NCBI GenBank assembly: GCA_025594325.1 | Contig: JANHCV010000012.1 | Span: forward strand, 992,001 to 1,056,000 | Direction: 5' to 3' | Origin: Blastocladiella emersonii ATCC 22665 | Lineage: Eukaryota; Fungi; Blastocladiomycota | DNA: 64,000 nucleotides | In this document: positions 11,689-22,945 of the stretch, piece by piece | Numbering within the stretch: position 1 is the first letter of the stretch | Layout of the letters: every line of letters starts with the position of its first letter | Translations under genes and position numbers: made by a program | Notes under the pieces: model-generated | Told to the model about the DNA's origin: nothing | The model's database searches: none | Seen by the model: the letters and a program-made list of their open reading frames with translations, nothing else

Positions 11689-13166
11689 ATGGATCCAATG
11701 CAAACCCGATTTGCTGCAATCCCTTGTGTCATCATCGACCTGATCCTGGCCGAGGCCGTCTACTCACCGGTCCAAAGGAGCTCAAGCGGCTTCGCGAATA
11801 CGGTCGCGTTGTGCCTCGAGCGCACGCGCCGCGCGCCCACCGCATCATTTAAGGGCGGCTGCTCTTGCGCATGTCCATGGACGAGGCTACGCACCAAGGC
11901 CGCGTTGATGTACTCGATGCCTGGCGCCGCTCGGGGTTCCTGCTTCGCTACACATACAAGGCTCTCGACGACGTCGGCTCGTACGACGCCTTGCAGTGGT
12001 GGTTTCTGTCGGATCTTCCGCTGCAAACTTCTTCGCAGGGGTATAACGACAAAGTCGTTGCCCACTTTATGGGGCCCTGTGGCTCGAAGCGTGTCAGGGT
12101 ACTTGATCGCTCGTGTACTCGAGTCCGTCGAGACGCGAACTGACATACGCCTGTTCGATCCCGTGTAGAAACTGTTGCGCAAGAGCGACGACGTGCCCGA
12201 CGCGTCCAATATAAGCTTCATTGGGGAGCTTGATAGTAGCAACAGCTTCGGCATCGGAATCCCTGGAGCTCGAATTACCCAGACGAGTGCGGCTGCGTTC
12301 GCCAATCTAATGGCGACCAACAGCTCGTTCCGCGAGATCAAATTCAAGCACTGCTCCTTGACGTGTCCGCTGCTGTGCTCCCTGTGCCTTCACGCAGACG
12401 TCCAGGAGCTCAAGCTCGTGGGGAGTTGGGTGTTTACAAGGGCGGCCGAGACCGACGCGGCTTCGGACAGTCCTCGACCGCTACCGCCTCAACCTCAAGA
12501 GCTCATCATCAAATCGGACAATTTTTCGAGCGACGCCGATTTTGCGGCCTTCTTTTCTCATCTGCCGCCGACACTCAGCTTGCTCAGGCTCAACAAGAAC
12601 CGCATCGAGAACTTGTCGGATTTTGGGCAGACACTTGGCCGCCAACTTCCCCCCAGCCTGCGCACGCTCAATCTTTGTGAATCAAATTCACGTCCGAGGA
12701 CGTGGCCGATCTCGTGCCGTTCCTTCCTGCAGGTCTCACGTCCTTGGACCTGTGTTCCAACGATTTCGACGAAGCCGTCGCACCACTTCTCGCGCAGCAC
12801 TTCCCACTGGGACTTCTTTACCTCAACGTGTCTGGTAACCTACTGGGCGACGCAGGCGTTGCTGCACTTACGGCTCGACTTCCATTGACGCTCGAGAACC
12901 AGGAGCTCGACGCTGTGGGCATTACCCACGCTGGCATTCCTACACTCATGGCCAACCTCCCTGACAGCCTCGAGTCACTCGATCTGAACCAGGCAACGTT
13001 GACACTCGAAGCTGTTGACGTGATCTTTGGATGCAGGCCTTCATGCTTAAAAATTGTGTGGCTTGGACGACTGGACATTAGCGGTGATAATGCCGCCTTC
13101 GTCCGGGAATGCCGTCGCCGTACGCCTGCGGGTCTCCAAGTGGCCATGGATCGGGTTGAGGAATGA
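11689..13166 (+). pseudogene. LRR family copy 3 (frameshifts plus nonsense codon)
   Basis: MDPMQTRFAAIPCVIIDLILAEAV shifts frame near 11,760 and has an in-frame TAA before GRLLLRMSMDE. The family intron is conserved. A second frameshift near 12,690 falls within the LRRs. Confidence 0.75.
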
Positions 13167-14268
13167 AAGCGCTCGGCGGAAGAGTATTTAATACAGTCTT
13201 GACGATTCCATCGCGTGATACTGGCACAGTAGAGGCGAAGTGACGTCGCGTCGTGCATCGAAACGCGTCCGGCCCAGCGTGTAGAAGGAGAGTTGAGCTC
13301 CGTTCACACTGCCACGCGAGTACCTACCCGTGATTGAGCTACATTGGGTCGGTCTCGAGTCGAAAGAGGAGAAGTCGCAAGCTTTAGAGATGGCGCTCAT
13401 GGAGACGCGAAAGGTGCTTGCGAGCACACTTGGGCGATATGAAACCAGGCAGAAGATCAGTTTCTGAGGCGGACCGGACGGTCGACGGGGATAACAGAGA
13501 AGTACGCGAGGGGCGACAGCACCGAAAGTGCCTCGGCCGGCCGTGTTCCGTTAGGGATTCTCGGCCCTAGACTAAAACGACGCGTCATTTTTCCGTGACG
13601 ACGTAATTACATCAGATTAGGAGGAGGTACCCCCGTAATAATAGTACAACCGCCCGACCGCGCGGCGGTGGCGGACGCGGACACGACAACGTGGGCGGTG
13701 GGCGTAATGATGTCGACCTGGAAGGACTTGGAGCGCTGGCCGAGTCGGAATCACGATGCGGACGCACGCGATGGCTATGGTCATGGCGGCTGGCAGCCGC
13801 AGCAAAGTCCGGAAGAGAGCGGGAGAGGTCGAACTGTCAAGAACTTGGTTGAGGCGCACACACAATGGGTTTCCAGTGCAGGGCGATGAGCGAGCAAGTC
13901 GTGAGTGATCTGCCGTGCTCGCTCGGGTGTGAGATCCGGAGTCATGACACGTCCCAAGCGGACGACGACATGCTACCCCGACGCTCGCCGCCGACTTGAG
14001 CTACTGGTTCGCGTCGCGTCGCGTCACGCTACTCGCTGGCTGTCCTCGACGGCCGACACGCGACACGCAGAAAGCTTAGTTGTCGCAAGGTCGCGCGTTC
14101 ACGAGTCGCAACGGGGATATACGCGGTGGTGAGGTGCACGTGGCTCACCTGATGCTGTGTGGCGGCGTCAACTCGGCGTCCGAAATTTCGTGGCGCCACA
14201 TGAGTCTCGCCCTCCGTCCGCTCCTTCGTCCACGCCCACCACCGATGCAACCACATGAAAAACCTGCC

Positions 14269-16003
14269 ATGGACCTAATGCAACGTAAACTCGACGTCAG
14301 CGAGATTCTTGCTGATATTCTCATGCGCGCCGTCCGGCTGCACGACCCGCACGATGCTCCCGGCCTGCTCCAGTACGTGCGGGTCTTGCCGCGCAACCGT
14401 GCCCCCGAGGTAACCCGCCTCGTCTTGCAAATTTGTCCTGCTTTCGGTGTTCTGGAAGCCACGCGCAGTGGAAACGCTCGACTGCTTAAGCTACGCCAAG
14501 CGTTTGCTCTCAAGGAAGCCGCACCCGACGACAAAGACGAGCGGGATCTACGTAATGCCCTTTACCAGGCCCTTGATCTCGGCTACGAGGATGTGCTTGC
14601 GTGGTGGCGCGGGGTAGATACGAGCCGGCTTTGTCGGTATAGCTCGGCTGCCTTACGCACAGCGCTCGATCTTTTCCACCCGGCCGAAGCGGGCGTTGCA
14701 CCAGGTGACGCAGAAATTGCGCGCATTGCCAACGATATCCAATGCGGCAAGTTGACCAAAGTCGAGGTCTCTCTCAAACGTGTGACTTCGAATGGAATTG
14801 CAGAGCTCAACCGTGCGCTCGCTTCGCCTAATCAGCAGGTGGCGTCGGTCGCGCTTGAATCCTGCTATGTCAACGCCTCTCAAGCCCTCGAACTACGGCT
14901 TCCCGCCACCGTTGTTACGCTTGATTTATCGCGCAACAAGTTTCGGCTAGCAAATGCAAACGAGGATAATTACGCGGCAGCGAGTCCACTTTTACTCTCG
15001 GCATCCTTGCGTGAACATAAGCTTGCCTATTGCTCTTCGGCGGTAAACTACCTCTTGGCTTTCAAACCCCACCTGTGTCCATCCCTTGTCGCGCTTGACC
15101 TGACTTGTACTGCGCCGACTCAAACTGAAATTGTGCTACATGTCTTCCGCAGTCATGGCAACCATCATCAGCAACCTTCCTGATGGGATGGAGGAGCTGA
15201 ACCTCAGCTGGAACACGTTTGACAAGGAGACTGCACTGGCATTTGCCTCCCGCGCTCTCCCGCGTCTCTTCAAATTAAAGCTTCGACATGTCAAGATGAG
15301 CAACGACAGCGCGCTCACGCTGGCGCAAGGGTTCTCATCGACCCTCGTACATCTCAATCTTTCTGATAACAAGCTTGAAACCACTGGAGTTCTTGCCATT
15401 GTCCGCAAATTGGCTTCAACCGCACCCCAATTTCGTGTACTCAAGCTCAATCAAATGGGTTGGGTCGAAGCGGCAGACTTGTTAGAAATTGCATCGTCTC
15501 TTCCGCAGCCCTTGAGCGAGCTGTGTCTCAGCCCGGGCGAAAGTAGTCGTTTTGAGAACACGGAAGGATTCTTTACTGCAGTTTCACTGAACTCGTTGAC
15601 GCGGCTCGAGCTCTGCCGCTTTGATATCGGTTTTCCAGGAATCGAGTCGTTTGCCGCGTGGCTCCGGACGGCAACTACTCTCAAAATATTCACGTTTACT
15701 CAGGGCAACCTGAACAACCGGACAGCTCGTGTCATTATCCAGGCGTTGCCCCCATCAATCGAGCAGTTAGTCCTGAGGGATTGCCCCTTTGGCAAAGGAC
15801 CTGTTGCTTTTCTCCTGGCCGCAAATCTGCCCCGTCTCGCGAAGGTTATTTTACCAGTGGAATGCATTGCGGACTCGGACGAATTCGATGACTCGGACGA
15901 GGATGAATCTGGGTACGACTCCGTGAACTTGAACGAGGTTGAAGACGAAGAAGTGGTGCGGTCGATTCTCGCGCAGCGTGGTTGCAAGCTGGAGTTTAGT
16001 TAA
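14269..16003 (+). pseudogene. LRR family copy 4 (divergent, frameshift near 15,140, acidic tail)
   Basis: Contains MDLMQRKLDVSEILADILMRAVRLHDPHD, GYEDVLAWW and GDAEIARIANDIQCG. LRRs continue in a second frame (15131-16003). No family intron was seen. Confidence 0.7.
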
Positions 16004-16253
16004 TTCACTAGCATTTGCTGTCAATCCAATTGTTGTTCCAAAATACACGTTTCATCCTGCCGTGACACAGCCACGATCTTTGCGTAGACATGCGGACTGT
16101 CTCGCAACGTGTTGCGCCACTCAGCTGACTGGATTTGACAGCGGCCGATTCCGCATGCACTTCTCCATCTCAACCTGCTCAGCTGGACGCTTCACATTCC
16201 AAAAAAACGAGCGTAACATACAATTTCGCAACACGTCTGGTTCAAAATCGCAC

Positions 16254-17458
16254 TTACTTGCGCGGTGACCGGTGCGCCGACCGCGACTTGCGCGCAGCTG
16301 GGACGGGCCCTGGCGCGGTCAGGAGAAGTTGCGCCTTGCGATATTTCTCAAGCACGGCCTTGCCAATGACGCGACTCTTGGCGCTGGTGCCGAACATCCA
16401 CGTGTTGCTGAGGGTTCGCATCGGCCCACTCGTGGTCGTTGCGGATGAAGACCTGGTCGCTCGGCTTGGCCGCGTTGACACCGAGCGTCTCGAGCGTGGC
16501 GCTGCGATCGAACGTGCAGAAGGCATGCAGCGTGTTCTCGCGCTCCTCGCGCTCCTCGGCTGGCAGCGTGTCGGGCACGATCGACTTGAACAAACTCCAC
16601 GTGCTCTCCCGCGAAGCAGGGTTCGCGGCCTTTTCCATCATGGCCAGAAGCGACGCGACGCGGAGGCCGGCGGCGGTGGTTGAAGTGGATCTCGGTGCCG
16701 TTTTTGAGCGCGTCGATGAAGAAGCGCCGCGCGAGCTCCTCGGTCGGCAGCGTCCACGCGCCGCACGTGGAGCGTGCCAGGCTCGCCGGTCTCGGAATCG
16801 TGCGTGAACACCGACACGCGTCGGGGAGCAGTGGGTGAGTTGGCTTGCGTTGCGCTCCAGTCGCTATGCGCCTTTCACGCATTCACGTACCTTCTCGCTG
16901 TTGATCTCGAGCTCCCTCAGGTGCTTCCGGTTGTCGCCGTCGGAAAGCACGCGGGTCACGGACTTGTCGAATTCGGGATTCGGGTTCGAAAGTTGAGGAT
17001 CAGCAGCCTCCATGGCCGTCGTCGAAGTGCGCTCGTCAACGGCCGCGGGCTGGAGCACACTCTCCAGACTCTGGTACACGAAGTGAGCGAGGTTGGTAAG
17101 TTGCGCGAAGCTCGCGATCGTGCAACATGAATGCGGGACATACTGGCAGGGGCGGCTGCGAGCTGTTGCCGCGCTCCGCCTCCTTGGCCTTGAGCGACGC
17201 AATCCACTCGGCGTACTGCACAACGTTGGCGCGGTGCACGTCCGTCTTCTTGTGCCGCTTGAGGGCCTCGGTGCGGAAGTGCACACCGCACGAGTCACAC
17301 CAGTCGTAGCCGTTGCCCGACTCGAACTCGGGCGGGAGGTTGGTGTGCGGCTTCGAAAGCGGGTTGACGCGCCGCGCGGGCGAGTCGAGCCACTCGCTGC
17401 GGCGGGCGCTGGAATCCAGTGCATTCATTGTAGGAAGTGTGGGCGCCGCTCTTCGCAT
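16254..17458 (-). pseudogene. Spliced, frameshifted gene with a C2H2 (U1/matrin-like) zinc finger
   Basis: WCDSCGVHFRTEALKRHKKTDVH motif. Intron 17071-17143 keeps the frame. Downstream coding-like segments change frame several times. Confidence 0.45.
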
Positions 17459-20356
17459 GGACAGGCAACTGAGCGAGAGAAGGGATGAACAAGTTAGAAG
17501 GGAGGGGAGGGGCAAAGGGTGATGGAACGCCGCGGAGCCGCCGCCGCTCCGTCACCTCCGTGCTAGGCACGTGAAGCGTGTGGCGAACGTGAAACGAGCG
17601 ACGCGGTCGCCTCGAAACGGAGATCAGTCAGACTTTTAGCAATATGTCACCTACGCCGCGCTCGGGTGAGTGCGCAAACTGTACAGCCTCACTCTCGTAT
17701 TATTCGGGCCGTTTCCCTCAATATCTTCGCCAGCATCGCTCAGCACGGGCTCGTCGCTCCCTCGCGCTTATTTGCGCGCATCGCATCGGCCTAGGGTGGA
17801 GCGAGGAGGGCCGCGGGTTTTCTTGCAATGGCCGAGCGTAAGTCGATGCCACATGGTCCGGGCTCCCGGGATACTTGCTCAATGCCGAAAATTCGAGAAT
17901 CAGCGGATTCGCCATCATGGTCTCGTGCACTAGATCACATGTCGCGCTCGTTCTGATTCCAGCGGGCGCCAGTTTGCCGCTCGTTGATGTGTGGTCGGTC
18001 AGGATGGGTGATATACTTACAACTCTCCGCGGACACAACTGGATCCTGGTGTTAGAGCGCGACAAGCAGCTTGAAGGCTATTCGAGAAAGGTTCCAAGTT
18101 CGCGATGATCATGGCCATGGCTGGCCGCTGTTGGAAGCCTTCGACCATCAACCTTCGCGCGCGGCGGCTCAGTTCTGCCTGCGAATGAGCGTGACTCGAG
18201 CTCGTATCTCACAGCAGTTTGTGAAGCAATAGACATGTCCGAAGCGGATACCCTATATACGGTTCGCTGTACGAGGCTGTTCGCCTCGCTCAACTGCGCC
18301 GGCGGATGGGCAGGCAAGACACGTCGCGTTCGACGCGTCGATCAAACACCTGACCGCCGGCCAATCAGAGCGCGCAATTGGCTCGGCATCGCGTTCACCC
18401 CAGTCCCCCGTTGAAGGCGAGAAATGTCGGGCAAGTGAATGCCCAACGCGTTGGATCCCAACACAGGCTCATTTCGGGTGGTCTCTCGTGACACGCATTG
18501 CGAGCTGATACGAAAGGGTTCAGCGAGCTGGGCGCGACGCGTTTCCTCAGCGGCGAGACGAAGTGCAAGTCGTGCGCTCGTACTTCTCAACGTGCGCAGG
18601 TAGAGCTATTTCGTGAGCTACACGGGGCACGCAGGGGCATCGCGTTGAGAAGACGGTGAGTACAACGACATTTTTTCTCAGCTGTAGCTTTAGCGAAGCT
18701 GAGTTTCTGTTTGAGCAATTGAAACCTATCAGAGACATCAACCTTCACGTGAATCAAGCTTTGTCTGCAGTTCTGGCCCCCGACCCCAACTCTCTTGGTC
18801 TAGCCCTCATTCCAAGTCCCCGACTCCCCGCATTGGCCTCAGCTCTGTGTAATAACAATTCTGACACTGCTTATTTGACGAGGCGACCTACTTGAAAGTC
18901 TTCAAATGTGCGTCAACCTGGAGTGACAGTGGAGCGGTCGGTCGCTGGTGACTCCCACTGCTGCGCCACCCGCTGAGCCACCCGCTGAGCCACCGCTCTC
19001 CGACCCCGCCTGCAGCTCCGTCGCCAACCGTTACGACCGCTTTCGAACAACAATCAGCGCAGCATCAAGGTCGCGCAAAAATCATTTTGAAACACCCGGC
19101 GCAAAATATAGGTCCTCTATTTCCGCTGGTTCCCTTAACTGTCTTCAATCTGGCCGCCCGAACTTCCGCGCTTCGATCCGCCTTTGTCTTTCTCTTTAGG
19201 CGCAAAAAATTCTAGAGTTCGTGAATCGCCTAGTTACCGAGATAGTTCAAGGTCATGGATCTGGGTCATCGTTCGCAAGTAAATGATTTCATTGTTGGCG
19301 ATGGGTAGCGTCTACATAGCGATTACTGAGGGGTAGCGATGACGTGACGTACACACTGACTGGAGAAAGCTCAACATGCACGCAGCAAGGCGAGAACAGA
19401 GCGACGCGAGCCCGAAACATAGGTTTCAGGCGGCGAGAACGACTCTGAGGATCCACGACCACGACTGGATCACGCCAGCTAACCGAGCCTAGCCCGGCGA
19501 TAAGGAAGAAGGCTCAGCAGCGTCAGGTGTGTACGCGCCCACTGCATCGTACTGAAAGTAGTCAGCCGCGAATCGTGCTCGACACCGCGTACCGCGTCGT
19601 GCGGGTCGACCTGCGCGACACAATTCTTTCTCGCTCCAACGCGTCGTTGACGAGGTTACGGGCGAGGGGCACATGCGCATCGTTGACGTGATCGACGTCA
19701 AGGACTGGCCCTGCGTCAAGATCCCCTTGGGCTCGATCCTGATGGCTGGTCAGACGTCGGCCGCGTGCGAAAGATCCTCACGGCGACGCTCGTTGCGTTC
19801 CGCTCAATAGCCATCGCCCGGAACGCGAGTCAGGGTGACGCCCATACACTGCGGCGCTTCACGACGTCGTCCAAATTATCCAAGTTTTTATTAACCTTTC
19901 CGCTCACTGCAACACACCGCGTTTGATCCTTCACGCGCCGATCAGCAACCCAGCGACCGTCGCTGCCGCGGACCTGGCCTTGGCCTTCTCGTCAGTGGCT
20001 TCTTCACTCGCGAAGAGTGCCGCCGATGCAGCCTCGTACCAGTTCGGCGAGGTGGATCGCAAGATAACGAATCGCAACACAGAAAGCACGCGGCGGTAAC
20101 AGGTGCGTGAGGTCGACTGCTCCTTAGACTGCTTCTCATAGACCGGGACCATGAGCAGGTGCTCGGGCGAACGTTCTCTCCAGCAAGGCTGCGGACGATC
20201 CGCGCTCAGGAACAAGGCGGCGTGGGCGGCCGCGACCTTGGCCACGAGGGCTTCTCCCGCTCCTCAACTTTGTTAACTCAGTTAACTTAACTGGCACGGA
20301 CTTTCGGGCAGCCAGCGCGACATGTTTGAGTCCAGCCTCAGTTCCGACCATGAGCC

Positions 20357-21526
20357 ACGGCGAGAGTGCTTGCTCAACCGAATAACGTGATTTTCTGCCG
20401 AGTGAGTTGTACCTGCGCTGCTATTCTCATCATCGACACGTCAGACTTAAGCTACAGCTGAGACCCAAGTGTGTGCGCAGCACACACACCTAGTCCAGCA
20501 GATGCGGCAGTCGGGCGACGCGAGCTTCCTCAACGTGCTCCAGGACCTGCGCAACTGCATCGTCTCGCAGCGCGTGATCGAGTACCTCGGCTCGCGGCGA
20601 GCAGACGTCGTACTGGGCCAGCACCCAGGCCAGCTCGACGATTGGAGCGACCTGGTCCTCATCACGGCGCAGAACTCGGGCGCGACGCGTGGAACTCGAT
20701 GGCCGCCGCGAAACACGCACCTCGCCTCGGCCTCCAACCCGACGAAATCTTTGACCTCGAGTGCGTCGATCTCGTCCGCAAGCCCTCCACAACCGGACCA
20801 CTCCTTTGGCGGCAGCTCGTCATTGAGAGCAGCGGTCAGAGCGTGAGCGACCAGCGCATGCTCAACTTCGCAAAACTGCTTCCCTCGAGCAAGACGGACC
20901 ACATCCCGTCTACCCTCAAGCTGTTTGCTGGCGCGCGTGTCATCGTGACGCGGAACATCAACACGCCGTACGTCTCCGCGTCATATTCGCCGGCCATTGG
21001 GCGCGTGGACTCACCAGCGCTTCCTCGCTTCGCATCGTGTAGTCGCGGCATTGTCAACGGCGTCATTGGCCGTGTTGAAGGCTTTGCCACCGACGCGAAC
21101 AACGACATTGATGCAGTCATCATCCGGCCCAACATGGATCTGGGTCGCATGCCCAACCTACCCGGGATCCCCGACGGCTGCTTCCCGCTGCGCCGCGAGA
21201 TCGCCTCGTTCCGCCTCAAGAACAAGGTGGCCGGCACATCCAAGACGATCCATCGAGCCCAGTTCCCGCTCGAGCTCGCGTACGCGCTGACGGCGCACGA
21301 GGCCCAAGGGATGACCCTCGAAAAGGTCATCGTTGATCTCGCCGACATGACGCGTGGATCGTTACCGTCGCGCTTCCTGTACATGATCCTATCGCGTGTA
21401 CGGCGCGGTGACGACAACCTGATCCTGCGTGATCCAGGTATCCAAGGCCTGAATCAAACACAGGATCAACATTTACTTGCCGAGTACGCTCGACTGCAAA
21501 GTCTGGCGGAGGCAACCACTACCTAG
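20357..21526 (+). pseudogene. PIF1-family (SF1B) helicase C-terminal relic, possibly Helitron/transposon-derived
   Basis: Contains LVQQMRQSGDASFLNVLQDLR, LKLFAGARVIVTRN, GIVNGVIGRV, QFPLELAYALTAHEAQGMTL and LYMILSRV. There is a frameshift near 20,700, an HK-to-HE change in the conserved HKxQG motif, and a 75-bp intron at 20968-21042. Confidence 0.8.
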
Positions 21527-21623
21527 TCCTTAGCTCATTAATACATGGCGATTTTGACACGTCATTCACTACTCGCCTTTCAACGCGGACGGAACTTGAC
21601 GTCCAGCATATTTTCAAGCCAGC

Positions 21624-21965
21624 CTAGTCGCCTACTGCTGAGACAGAGTGTGCAAAGCACACACCCCTAGTGGACTGCAGGCAGAAGGGAACGAACGGCG
21701 GATCAGACTCGGGTTGGAACAGAAAAGCGCGAGCCCCGTTCTCAACAATGACAATATCGTTCTCCTTGAGTTGGCTCTGACCGATCGAGCGGCTGATCTG
21801 AACAGCGGTGTTCAGCACGGGCACGACGCGCAGCCGCTCAAGAAAGTCCGGGCAGGCATTGGTCAGCCCAAGCTCGACCATGAGGTCGTCGGGGACCTTG
21901 TGCGAGACAAGGCTCGACGTGTCGATTGCATAGAGTCGCGTCGCAGTATACTCCATTGGTTCCAT
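21624..21965 (-). CDS. Small hypothetical ORF (113 aa)
   Basis: Non-repetitive, globular-looking sequence starting MEPME. No motif was recognised. Confidence 0.25.
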   Translation of the reverse strand: MEPMEYTATRLYAIDTSSLVSHKVPDDLMVELGLTNACPDFLERLRVVPVLNTAVQISRSIGQSQLKENDIVIVENGARAFLFQPESDPPFVPFCLQSTRGVCFAHSVSAVGD

Positions 21966-22945
21966 GGTGCGGTCTCGCTGAGGGAGCCTTGATTGCGCGC
22001 TGCGGTGGAGTGAGTCTTGCGCGCGCGTTGGCGGCCTTGCCGCAGCGACACGCGTCGTTGGCCCTGCCGCACTCCCTCTCCCTCCACCCTGTGATCTGGC
22101 CGACCACGAACGACCTCGATGAAGGAATTGCTGCAACTCACCGCCACTAGTCGCCCGAACCAATTTTTTTGGACGCGCCCGCTGACGACGTTGGTGGGGA
22201 AAACCAGAAGGAATGCTGTCAGAGGGGATGTGCCTAACGAGGAGGCGTTAGAAGGAGCTTACACGCGCTCTTCCGCGAGCCACGCGCAAGAAACCGTACC
22301 AGGCGCAGCACGAGTAGGTCGGCCACGTTTCGACGCGCACGAGCCGTTGCTTTCGTCTCCGAGTCTCGCCCGACTCACGCTTGCCTTCCCGTAGCAGCGA
22401 TGACCAGCGTGCCTCAAACCGCTAGCGAACAGGGCCGAGGTCAGGCGCTGTAGCGATGCATCTTAGGTTAAAAGGCCTCCGCACCGAAATGCCGTAAGAG
22501 AGACAAAACCGTCAGCGACGATGCACGCTGACGTTTGCCTGGCGTCGTGCGACGGATCTTCACGACACAGCCTCGCTCGTTTGACTCCACCGGCAATGCT
22601 ATACTATAGTGCAGCCGAGCCCGTTGCGAGAAGCCCTACAGATTAGAGATACATAGCAAGTGCGGTGAAGGGGAGCTTGGGCCGAACGCGAGGACGCTGC
22701 TCAAGGCGACTCTTCCGCTGATCGGCTCGGCTCGCACACGTGGTGGCGCTTCGCGTCCAAGCTCACCCATGCTCTCGCTCCCTCTCATCTGGACCCTCTC
22801 ATCTGGACCCTCCCCGTCCCACGGAAACGACTGTTTGATTGACAACCAGAGATCTCTATTCACTCGTCGAGTCCGCGCGCCAACAATATCCCGGCGCTCG
22901 CGAGACTCGAACAACCAAATCACTCCCAACATCCCACTCCCTTCT

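Noticed and set aside
17600-20350. Helitron Rep or other transposase in the degenerate region before PIF1
   Set aside because: Only short broken ORFs; no HUH or DDE motif could be recognised.
21520-21630. Helitron 3' end (hairpin plus CTAG) after the PIF1 relic
   Set aside because: CTAG sites are present, but the candidate stem is only ~4 bp, so it is not convincing.
18960-22830. Short tandem duplications (12-bp at ~18,965; 14-bp at ~22,785)
   Set aside because: Two to three copies only, consistent with ordinary slippage.
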